A DNA stretch of 31,374 bases from a bacterium (GTDB lineage Bacteria > Bipolaricaulota > Bipolaricaulia > UBA7950 > UBA9294), in NCBI GenBank assembly GCA_030671645.1, contig DAOVHV010000001.1, forward strand, positions 1-31,374. Direction: 5' to 3'. The translations under genes were made by a program, and so were the position numbers. The notes under the pieces are model-generated. The model was not told where the DNA came from. It saw nothing but the letters and a program-made list of their open reading frames with translations, and ran no database searches. Shown here piece after piece: positions 18,735-26,523 of the stretch (positions within the stretch are counted from its first letter, which is position 1; every line of letters begins with the position of its first letter).

Positions 18735-19226
18735 ATGGCTATTGCAATCTATCCAGGAAGTTTCGATCCGATCACGAACGGGCACATTGACATTGTCCGC
18801 CGGGCAAGAAAACTGTTTCCCAAGCTCTACATCGCCGTGGTCGCCAATCCTCACAAGAGTCCGACGTTCACAGTCGAAGAACGCGTAGAGATCACCAAAA
18901 CAGCGCTCATCGAAGCCGGCATCAACGGATTGGAAGTTATCAGCTACGATGGCCTGCTGATCGATTGTGCGCGCGAACATGGAGCTGACGCTATCGTGCG
19001 CGGACTGCGCGCTAACTCTGATTTCGAATACGAATTCCAAATGGCACTCACCAACCGCGACCTCGCGCCTGAGTTCGAATCAGTATTCTTCATGACCGCA
19101 AAGAAATACAGCTTCCTGTCGTCGTCCACTGTCAAGGAAATCTGCATGTACGGCGGAGACGTGTCGACGTTCGTACCTAGGTCGGTGGAAGCCGCTCTGA
19201 AGAAGAAATTACAGACGAAGAAGTGA
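18735..19226 (+). CDS. coaD: Phosphopantetheine adenylyltransferase
   Basis: YPGSFDPITNGHIDI, IVRGLRANSDFEYE, FLSSSTVKEI. Confidence 0.97.
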   Translation: MAIAIYPGSFDPITNGHIDIVRRARKLFPKLYIAVVANPHKSPTFTVEERVEITKTALIEAGINGLEVISYDGLLIDCAREHGADAIVRGLRANSDFEYEFQMALTNRDLAPEFESVFFMTAKKYSFLSSSTVKEICMYGGDVSTFVPRSVEAALKKKLQTKK

Positions 19227-19240
19227 AGCCACCGGCTTCA
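19224..19240 (+). terminator. Hairpin at coaD stop (possible weak terminator)
   Basis: TGAAGCC-ACC-GGCTTCA; no U-tract on the + strand. Confidence 0.3.
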
Positions 19241-19596
19241 AACACGCAAAGTACGGCGGGTAGCGAGCCAGCCTATCTTCCCCGGTAGTTCGGAGTTCCC
19301 TCACTAAATAGGAGTTCGCACCTTGGACGAGGCGATTGATCGATTCGTTGAGCGTCCTTTGGTCCTTTCGCTCCGGTTGTGCGACCGGGACAACATGGCG
19401 ACCACGACAAGGGATCACGTTCAGTTCATCAGGCCACGTGCCACACCCAGATGTTTTCGATGTCATTTCGCACCCCTGTCAGGCGCTACAGCTCCTTGCG
19501 GAGCCATATTCGGATAGGATAAGCATACTTCTCAGACCTTGCTACCTCGGAGCGATGGAGGTGGGTTTGAGCTTCAACACGAGCCAGGAGGCAAAC

Positions 19597-20586
19597 GTGG
19601 CTAAGCGAGTGGACAAACCAACGTACGAGATTGATCCCGCCGTTCATGGACGATTCGACGAACGCGACACGATCTTCATGCGCCGCTTCTGGGATCATGC
19701 GGCAAGTTTTCACGGTGTCGAGTTCCGCGACCGGGCGGCCGAGCGAATCTCGGCGAAGGAAGCTGGCTACTCGCGGATTGACTTCGCCCGCGTTCTTGCG
19801 TCGTGGACGGTACACAACTGCTTCGGCGGCGCCTTTTCGTGGGATCGCCTCGGACAGGCCGACCCGAGCATGATGCAGTTCGACCGCTATGAGGCCGACC
19901 CGGAAGAAATGACCGCGGAGGTCAAGCGGACCGCGCGGCTGTTCGGGGCCGATCTGGTCGGCATCTGTGAAGTCAACGATCAGTGGATCTATTCCCATGA
20001 TCGCAGCGGCGACCCGGTGGAGATCCCCTCCGAATGCACGCACGCCATCGTGATGGCAATCGCCATGGACAAAGAAGGCGTAGCGACGTCACCTGAATAC
20101 TCGTCCGCGGTCTCGACCGGTGTTGGCTACTCGAAGATGGCATTTGCCATCGCCAGCCTGTCTGAATTCCTGCGCAATCTACGATACAAGGCACTGCCGA
20201 TGGGCAACGACACCGCGCTCAGCATCCCGCTGGCCATCGACGCCGGACTGGGGCAGCTTGGGCGGAACGGACTGCTGATTACATCGGAATATGGCCCCTG
20301 CATCCGGCTCTGCAAGGTCTTCACCGACATGCCGCTTGTCACCGATCGGCCGATTGATTTCGGATTGACCACGTTCTGTCGGACCTGCGATCGATGTAGC
20401 GAGGCTTGCGGAGCCGACGCAATCAGCACCGACACTGAGCCGACGTTCGATGTCGCATGTCCGTAGAACAACCCTGGGATCAAGCGATGGGCAGTAAACG
20501 CCGACCGCTGCTATGAGTTCTGGGCAGAGAACACGGCCGCATGCTCCAACTGCATCGCCGCTTGCCCATTCTCAAAGATCAACTAG
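19597..20586 (+). pseudogene. Reductive dehalogenase-like (RdhA family) cobalamin/Fe-S protein, no Tat signal, interrupted by in-frame TAG at 20464-20466
   Basis: AGGAGG then GTG 19597; GADLVGI, GYSKM, SIPLAIDAGLGQLGRNGLLIT..YGPCIRLCKVFTD, DRPIDFG..FCRTCDRCSEAC. Reading through the TAG gives NNPGIKRWAVNADRCYEFWAENTAACSNCIAACPFSKIN* (second Fe-S motif). Pseudogene, sequencing error and readthrough cannot be distinguished here. Confidence 0.75.
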
Positions 20587-20635
20587 CCTACGCAGCGCAC
20601 GAAATCGTCAGACTTACAAGAACACGATCGGCGAC

Positions 20636-20979
20636 TCATCTCTGTGGATCTTCGACAAACCCAAGCCAGCAACCATCCGGACCGAGTATGACCATCGGTG
20701 TAAACGCATCATAGATCAAACGTAACCCACCTGCATCTACACGCTCACGGCCTAAATCTCATGTACCCATCGTCCGTAGCCATCATCCCCCACCCCCCCC
20801 GCCAACGTTGCTGCCACACCGATCCGTACCAATGCCACAGCCACATTGGCCGCTGATCCGCCACCATGTAACTGAGGAGCGGAGTTGGTCAGATCAGGTG
20901 GGCCTGATGTGCGATCCGGCAAACGAACGAGCATGTCTACACATGCATCGCCGAGTACTACTACCTGCGAAGCAGGCAT
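20636..20979 (-). pseudogene. PfkB/ribokinase-family sugar kinase remnant (frameshifted and truncated)
   Basis: VVVLGDACVD, GGGSAANVAVALVRIG, GGVGDDGYGR are PfkB signature 1. After a 1-nt shift near 20758 it continues DLGRERVDAGGLRLIYDAFTPMVI to TGA at 20638-20636. About 115 aa in total versus about 300 aa typical; no GAGD motif. Confidence 0.75.
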
Positions 20980-20982
20980 GTC

Positions 20983-21651
20983 TTACGAAGCTCCTTGGGC
21001 CGCCATCACAAACTGACGGATACGGTCAAGGTCTTTGCGAAAACCGCCACTCGGTAACGGCCGGTTTGTGTGTGTGAGCGAGTCCACGCCCCATGGCTGC
21101 ACCATGCGGATGGCCTCGGCTACATTCTCCGGCGACAGCCCCCCCGCCAAGATGACGGGGATCTTTAGTTGCCGGACAATCTCGCGGCTTACATTCCAAT
21201 CGTGGGTTACGCCGGACGCACCGATCCCCGCGATATCCGGGGCTTGCGTGTCTAGAATGAGATAGTCGGTCACATCCTCGTATGCCAACGCAACATCTAC
21301 TGCCTCGGGGCCGGCGACGGAGACCGCCTGCATGACGGTCAGATCGGGCAACCGTTCCCGCAGAGTACGTACGGCATCGGGAAGGAGCGTGTTCTCCAAT
21401 CCGCAGAGATGCAAGACATCAGGATGGACTGCTTGTACCATCGTTTCAATTGCATCCAAATCCGACTCTACCGACAGGGCGACACAGACAGCCGAATCGG
21501 CGACTGCCTCTACAATCGCTCGCGCGGTGGTAAAGCCCACCTCACCGGGCAGACCGAAATTGCCGGGTGTTATACCAATATGATTGACACCCAACGCGAC
21601 TACAGCATGAGCTTCGTCGACAGTTTGCATGGTATAGATCTGGATTCTCAT
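20983..21651 (-). CDS. TrpF (phosphoribosylanthranilate isomerase)-like TIM barrel, atypical
   Basis: LILDT, GASGVTHDW, PVILAGGLSPENVAEAI, PWGVDS, KDLDRIRQFV match the PRAI fold. The N-terminal KICG is replaced by QIYT. No other trp genes nearby. Confidence 0.8.
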   Translation of the reverse strand: MRIQIYTMQTVDEAHAVVALGVNHIGITPGNFGLPGEVGFTTARAIVEAVADSAVCVALSVESDLDAIETMVQAVHPDVLHLCGLENTLLPDAVRTLRERLPDLTVMQAVSVAGPEAVDVALAYEDVTDYLILDTQAPDIAGIGASGVTHDWNVSREIVRQLKIPVILAGGLSPENVAEAIRMVQPWGVDSLTHTNRPLPSGGFRKDLDRIRQFVMAAQGAS

Positions 21652-21833
21652 GCGATTCCTTATCTTGGCACGTTTTCCGCCCTTGCCACGCTTTCGCCAT
21701 GTCTTCTATTTCCTCATACTGATTTGCTGTTCTCGCATTTCATGATACAGATGTGTAGAGTTCGAGCAACGGAGGCTGTCCAGCCTATTGAGGTTAGGAA
21801 CACGAAGAATGAAAATCTGCCCGGAAGCCATTC

Positions 21834-21861
21834 CAAAGGTCAAGAAACAAGACCTAACCCC
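21834..21861 (+). repeat. REP-like 28-bp dispersed repeat, copy 1
   Basis: CAAAGGTCAAGAAACAAGACCTAACCCC; 24/28 identical to the reverse complement of 25404-25431. Confidence 0.6.
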
Positions 21862-21893
21862 GAGACCTGCACTGCTGTCGCGCTTCCTGTAGG

Positions 21894-22496
21894 TCAGTTC
21901 TGGTTCGTGGAAATAGTGGCGCACCGCAGGAAGTGGAATATGTAGTTGCCAATGTACTTGTGCCACTCCGGTTCGGGATCAGACGTCCCTCGCTCTTCCC
22001 ACGAGAATTCCGTTGCGTAGCGGACGAATTTGCCTTCAGCGTCCACCAATTCGGCTTGCTCATAGCTCAAGATGCGGTAGAGGTACGGGACACCGTTCTG
22101 TAGGATACTGAACGAGGTGCATGGTTCAAGAGGGAGAAGAACCGCAAATGGAAGAGGGGCCAGCGCTTCCAGCGGAGATTCCTCTTCGGTGAGCATCGCC
22201 GCTTGAGAAGAAGGAGAGTCCTCGGTCAAGAATATGCTGACCACGGTCTCATCTGCCCCATTGAGCTTCGTGGCTGTAAAGAACCGGAGATTCTCATAGT
22301 CGAGCGTATCTCCCGTCTCCGCGAGCAGTGCTTCAATCGGCTCGCAACGCTCTTGTACCCGTTCGATCAATCCCTGACGATCGAATACGCTGCTCGACAT
22401 GGCCGAGGTTGGCGTGGCGGGCCGCTGGAAAAGGCAACCCACTACCATCAATACCACCAGGATCAGACCCAAAAAGACACCCAATCGTCGCGTCAT
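21894..22496 (-). CDS. Hypothetical lipoprotein
   Basis: AAGGAGG RBS; MTRR + hydrophobic stretch + lipobox-like VVGC (Cys21); 200 aa, no recognised domain. Confidence 0.7.
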   Translation of the reverse strand: MTRRLGVFLGLILVVLMVVGCLFQRPATPTSAMSSSVFDRQGLIERVQERCEPIEALLAETGDTLDYENLRFFTATKLNGADETVVSIFLTEDSPSSQAAMLTEEESPLEALAPLPFAVLLPLEPCTSFSILQNGVPYLYRILSYEQAELVDAEGKFVRYATEFSWEERGTSDPEPEWHKYIGNYIFHFLRCATISTNQN

Positions 22497-22914
22497 GCTA
22501 GTACCTCCTTTGTTGCTCGTCAGTGCATGTGTGCCGCTAGCGCCTCCGCCATCTCACACGGCGTCATCTCTTCGCTTTCCTCCTGTAGCTCTAATTACTC
22601 GTAGAAGTCATCCTACAACTGTGGGGTTGCTTGATCCAATTCGCTCAAGCATGGATACGAGGAGTTTGGGGACATCACATACCCTAATCTCGATTTGAAT
22701 TGTGGTTTGTGTCCCTGGAATTCGCGATCCGCAACCTGGAGAAGCTCATTCCAGACTGCGAAACACAGCCGGAACCCGGGGTTGCAGCAGATGAGACCGT
22801 CGAAGCCGAGGCCTAAACTGTCGAGTTTCACAGTACTGTTTACAGGAGACAGAGAGACTCAAAGTGTCAACGACATTCCGGGATTGGAGCATCCTGGGAA
22901 AACGCAACGGCTCT

Positions 22915-23016
22915 TCACCATGAAGAACACGAAGAGATTGAAGGAAACCTGACACTACCTTGCATATGGAGACAGAGCTCTCCACTTCTTCATGATCTTC
23001 ATGCCCTTCATGGTTA
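22915..23016. repeat. Inverted-repeat element with arms made of three tandem 9-nt CATGAAG-type units
   Basis: Left arm TCACCATGAAGAACACGAAGAGATTGAAGG (22915-22944). Right arm 22985-23016 has reverse complement TAACCATGAAGGGCATGAAGATCATGAAGAAG. Spacer about 40 nt. Confidence 0.7.
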
Positions 23017-23121
23017 GGAGTGTCCAAACTCACAGCTCTGTCTACAGGAGGCCTGAGCTGTCAACCAATTCCGGTACTGGACATGCTAGGCAGTCAAGAA
23101 CTGTGGCATACTCGATATGAC

Positions 23122-24366
23122 ATGCCTTCCATTGAACGGATCATCATCGCCACCCTGCTAGCCATCACAACGGCCGTTCTCGGCGTTCGTGCCGAACAGC
23201 TGGCGTTCCCGCCGGACGTGGGGACCAATCACCTTGGTGTCCTATGGCCCGGATCCGATCCTGAGTACACGGGCGCCTGGGTTCGACCGCATCCCGGTCC
23301 GTTCGTCTGGGGTCTCATTGAGAGGACACCCGGAACCTACGATTGGAGGGAGTCCGACCTCGTCGTCGAGAAGCTACAGGGGGAACGCTTGGCCGTGCTC
23401 GCCACGGTCTGGCCGTTTGCCTCGTGGGATCAAAGGGCGTGCCATCTGAGCGAGCCGCCCACACGAGGTGCATTCAAGGAGTTCGACGATCTTCTGTATA
23501 TGCCGTGCGACATGCCGGGCTATCTGGCATGGCTCGCTGCACTGGTCGAACGGTATGACGGAGACGGTGTGGATGATATGCCCGGGCTCGCTTATCCGAT
23601 CCGGCACTGGGAGGTCCTGAACGAGCCTGAGATGCAAGGGCCCCAACTCACGTTCTTCCAGGAGCCGCCGGATGTCTATTGCGAGCTTCTTCGTGCTTCT
23701 TATCACGTGATCACGACAGCCGATCCGCTGGCCGTAGTTCTTCCAGCCGGGCAGTCCGGGATGCATCGCGAAGCTACCGCCTACTGGCGGCCCATCCTCC
23801 AAGATGAGACTGTGCCGTTCGATGTGGGGAACATCCATTCCATTCGTGCGACCGACATGCAGCAAGAGTCGGCCTTTTGGGCACCAGAGTATCTGGCATT
23901 TCTCGCTGACACCGGCAGGTCCGACGTGGGGTACTGGATCACGGAAGCACAAGTGGGTGCCGTCGGTCCCAAGGGGCAGATGACCGACGCGCAAAGCGCC
24001 GAGGCCTTGTTCATCGGCACTGTAGTGGCACTTGCCGAGGGTGCCGAGGTTATCTTGCACGTGTTGGCCAACGATCCGAAAGGCGAGAAAGGACACGCCA
24101 CCGTCGACACTGCCAATCTGTTGGGACGAATGATCGGGAGCTTCGCTTCCGTGGAACACGTGAGCCCCTATGCGATCCGTTTCGACATGCCCGGTGGGGA
24201 ACAGATCTACGCCCTATGGAAGGGTGGCGTTCTTCCGGCGGAAGTCGCAGGAACGGTCATGGTCACCACGTACCTTGGCACAACGAGCTCGATGGATGCA
24301 CGCGAGGTCTCCGCCGCCGTCTCGATGCTGGCCGAACCATTGCCTACAGAGAAACAACTGCCCTAG
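23122..24366 (+). CDS. Secreted clan GH-A-like glycoside hydrolase (family unassigned)
   Basis: Signal peptide MPSIERIIIATLLAITTAVLGVRA; YDWRESD; WEVLNEPE (acid/base NEP); GNIHS; YWITE (nucleophile). Start chosen at ATG 23122 rather than the track's 23020. Confidence 0.65.
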   Translation: MPSIERIIIATLLAITTAVLGVRAEQLAFPPDVGTNHLGVLWPGSDPEYTGAWVRPHPGPFVWGLIERTPGTYDWRESDLVVEKLQGERLAVLATVWPFASWDQRACHLSEPPTRGAFKEFDDLLYMPCDMPGYLAWLAALVERYDGDGVDDMPGLAYPIRHWEVLNEPEMQGPQLTFFQEPPDVYCELLRASYHVITTADPLAVVLPAGQSGMHREATAYWRPILQDETVPFDVGNIHSIRATDMQQESAFWAPEYLAFLADTGRSDVGYWITEAQVGAVGPKGQMTDAQSAEALFIGTVVALAEGAEVILHVLANDPKGEKGHATVDTANLLGRMIGSFASVEHVSPYAIRFDMPGGEQIYALWKGGVLPAEVAGTVMVTTYLGTTSSMDAREVSAAVSMLAEPLPTEKQLP

Positions 24367-24440
24367 CCAATCGGCAAGCGGCAGCATGTCGCGCCCACTT
24401 ACCGGCAGGCCAGGGATCGATCCGGTCGGGCACTTGCCCA

Positions 24441-24542
24441 AGGGAGCACGAAGTCTCCTCGGTCTCCGAGGAGACTATCACGACCTGGAGGTTCGGCAGG
24501 CACGTGTCCTGATCCTGCTCAGAATCATGCGTAGTGCTCCCT
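24441..24542. other. Nested stem-loop structure between convergent genes
   Basis: Outer 9-bp IR AGGGAGCAC (24441-24449) / GTGCTCCCT (24534-24542) encloses a perfect 11-bp IR AGTCTCCTCGG-TCT-CCGAGGAGACT (24452-24476). Confidence 0.6.
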
Positions 24543-24575
24543 GTAATCGAGACGCTCAATTGGCTGAATCAGCCA

Positions 24576-25301
24576 TTACCTGCTCTTGCGAGCCAGGTAG
24601 ATCGTGTTGGACGACTCACCGCCCGAGTATCGGTTCGGGAAGGTCACAATATGGGACTGGGAAGACCGAAACACGGCATCGAGCAAACGAGTGAATTCCG
24701 CATCCGGGGGATCGTTGGACCACAGTCCGAAGATGCCGCTGGGATGGAGCTTGTCAGCCAGGCTCCGAAGCCCCGGCACCGTATAGAAGGCGCTGTTTCC
24801 CGGGGCAAGCCAATGGCTGGGTGAATGATCGATATCCAGCAACACAGCATGAACCAGTCGGGTCTGGGCCGCATGATCGAATCCGCCCACGGATGACGAT
24901 GCCAATTCAAAGAAGTCGGCATGGACAAAGGTACAGCGGGGGTCTGAGGTCAATTCCTTCCCAAGCGGCACGAGGCCCCGACGATGCCAGTCGATGACAG
25001 GACCCATCACCTCAATCACCATGAGCGACCTGACTGACGTATGTTCCAGGGCAGCAACCGCCGTATAGCCCAGGCCCAGCCCGCCGACCACGATGTCCAA
25101 ACCGGTACCTTCAAGCGCGGCCAGGCCGAGTCTCGCAAGCTGAATCTCGGCGGTGGTGAACAGGCTGGACATGAGGAATTCGTCGCCAAGCTTCACCTCA
25201 TAGATAATCTCCCCTTCGCGCCGGAGGTCCGCCCGACGCCTCAGACTGATTGTCCCCAGAGATGTCTCCTGGTAATCCAGTTCTTCGAAATCCAACGCCA
25301 T
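24576..25301 (-). CDS. Spermidine-synthase-like class I SAM-dependent methyltransferase-fold protein
   Basis: EFLMSSLF, IVVGGLGLGYT (GxGxG), VIEV, HADFF, VLLDIDHSP, GIFGLWS. Confidence 0.75.
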   Translation of the reverse strand: MALDFEELDYQETSLGTISLRRRADLRREGEIIYEVKLGDEFLMSSLFTTAEIQLARLGLAALEGTGLDIVVGGLGLGYTAVAALEHTSVRSLMVIEVMGPVIDWHRRGLVPLGKELTSDPRCTFVHADFFELASSSVGGFDHAAQTRLVHAVLLDIDHSPSHWLAPGNSAFYTVPGLRSLADKLHPSGIFGLWSNDPPDAEFTRLLDAVFRSSQSHIVTFPNRYSGGESSNTIYLARKSR

Positions 25302-25403
25302 CTGCCAACCCCGTTTCGGACACGGCCAATCGTGCCGGTGCCCATACTAACCGCCCGCCACGAGCTTCAGCCAAACCGGATTCACCGAGCCAGCTCCGTG
25401 CGC

Positions 25404-25431
25404 GGGGTCTGATCTTGTCTCTTGACCTTTG
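25404..25431 (-). repeat. REP-like 28-bp dispersed repeat, copy 2
   Basis: Reverse complement CAAAGGTCAAGAGACAAGATCAGACCCC; abuts the stop of the upstream minus-strand gene. Confidence 0.6.
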
Positions 25432-25432
25432 T

Positions 25433-25876
25433 TCAGTTTCGGCGAGCTCGCCGGTAGTACCAGACGACGGCCACGCCGACAATTCCCAACAGTGACAACA
25501 CGGCCGCGAAGATAACCCAGGTCCATTCCGGCGGTGTGATGCCCCGATATGCTGGCCTCCGATCGAAATCGATCCAAGGCCCAGTGCGGCCGAGGACGTA
25601 GATCAGAACCCGAAAGGCGTGAAGAATGGTCGCAGCAGCAGCGATCCGCAGGGGGAGCCAAGCACGAGCCTCGCTCCCAGCGATCCACCACCAAGCAGAC
25701 CCCACGACGGTTCCCACGTTGAGCAGGAACTCAAGGACAAGCAGCGCGGAAGCCCACGACATCAAAGTCGTCATGGAGCCGTCGGTCAACATGATAACGG
25801 TCCTGAAAAGCAACACGCAGATACCCAACCCCACAAGGGTTGCGTAGGTACGTTGTCGATTCCAAGTCATGCTCAC
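25433..25876 (-). CDS. Hypothetical integral membrane protein (about 4 TM)
   Basis: Four hydrophobic segments and a basic C-terminus; GGAGG-like RBS upstream; start may be ATG 25870. Confidence 0.65.
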   Translation of the reverse strand: MSMTWNRQRTYATLVGLGICVLLFRTVIMLTDGSMTTLMSWASALLVLEFLLNVGTVVGSAWWWIAGSEARAWLPLRIAAAATILHAFRVLIYVLGRTGPWIDFDRRPAYRGITPPEWTWVIFAAVLSLLGIVGVAVVWYYRRARRN

Positions 25877-26007
25877 TGCCTTCCTCCAAGAATCATACGC
25901 TGCTGAAGTCGGATTCCATTCCCGTCAATCTCGCCATCCCACAACAAAGCAACAGGACAAGACTCCTCCAAACGAGGAGCCTGTCAGAACCTTCCACAAA
26001 GCTCCAG

Positions 26008-26502
26008 TTAAGCGCTTGCTGCCAGCAGCTTCTTCACGTGCGGGATGAGGCCGCCGTCTTCGAGGATGGCCAATACTTCCGGCGGAAGCGGTGGGAAGCC
26101 ATACGTCTTCCCGTCGTGTTCAACCACACCGTCAGCAAAGTCGATGCCGACTTGGTCGCCGGTTTGAATGGCATCCGTCCCTTCGGCCAACTCGATCACG
26201 GGCAAGCCGCTGTTAATGGCGTTACGGAAGAAGATGCGCGAGAACGACGGCGCGATGATGGCGGCCACGCCGGCAGCCTTCAAGCAGGTCGCTGCTTGTT
26301 CACGCGATGATCCGCAGCCGAAATTCTTGCCAGCTACGATGATGTCGCCGGGTTGAACGGCTTTGGCGAAATCAGGATCGAGATCTTCCAGCGCATGCTC
26401 GGCCATCTCAGCCGGTTCCATCGGTTGGTACGTGTACTTCCCGGGGAAGATGACATCGGTGTTGACGTCGTCGCCGTATTTCCAAACGCGTCCTTTATTC
26501 AT
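26008..26502 (-). CDS. LeuD/HacB/DmdB-family aconitase-like hydratase small subunit
   Basis: GGAGG RBS then ATG 26502; GRVWKYGDDVNTDVIFP, VAGKNFGCGSSREQA, FSRIFFRNAINSGLP, GGLI. Confidence 0.92.
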   Translation of the reverse strand: MNKGRVWKYGDDVNTDVIFPGKYTYQPMEPAEMAEHALEDLDPDFAKAVQPGDIIVAGKNFGCGSSREQAATCLKAAGVAAIIAPSFSRIFFRNAINSGLPVIELAEGTDAIQTGDQVGIDFADGVVEHDGKTYGFPPLPPEVLAILEDGGLIPHVKKLLAASA

Positions 26503-26523
26503 CGCTTCCTCCACATTACTTCC

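Noticed and set aside
19323-19517. 64-aa ORF with AGGAG upstream of TTG, and a possible cobalamin riboswitch upstream of the rdhA-like gene
   Set aside because: No recognisable protein features, and I could not find the conserved B12-box elements in 19241-19596.
20464-20466. Genome-wide TAG reassignment or pyrrolysine as the default explanation
   Set aside because: TAG is the normal stop of many genes here (murD, skp, mtaD, rpsO, M16 peptidase, leuC-like), and no pyl genes are in the window. Kept only as a low-probability alternative.
22746-23033. 95-aa ORF beginning MSLDTPNHEGHEDHEE, and the similar 73-aa ORF 26499-26720
   Set aside because: The low-complexity peptides are translations of the repeat arms; no GxxExxY motif or other domain follows.
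25955-25985. Imperfect hairpin (CTCCTC/GAGGAG) after the leuD-like gene as a terminator
   Set aside because: The stem is imperfect and the downstream U-tract is weak; not enough support to list.
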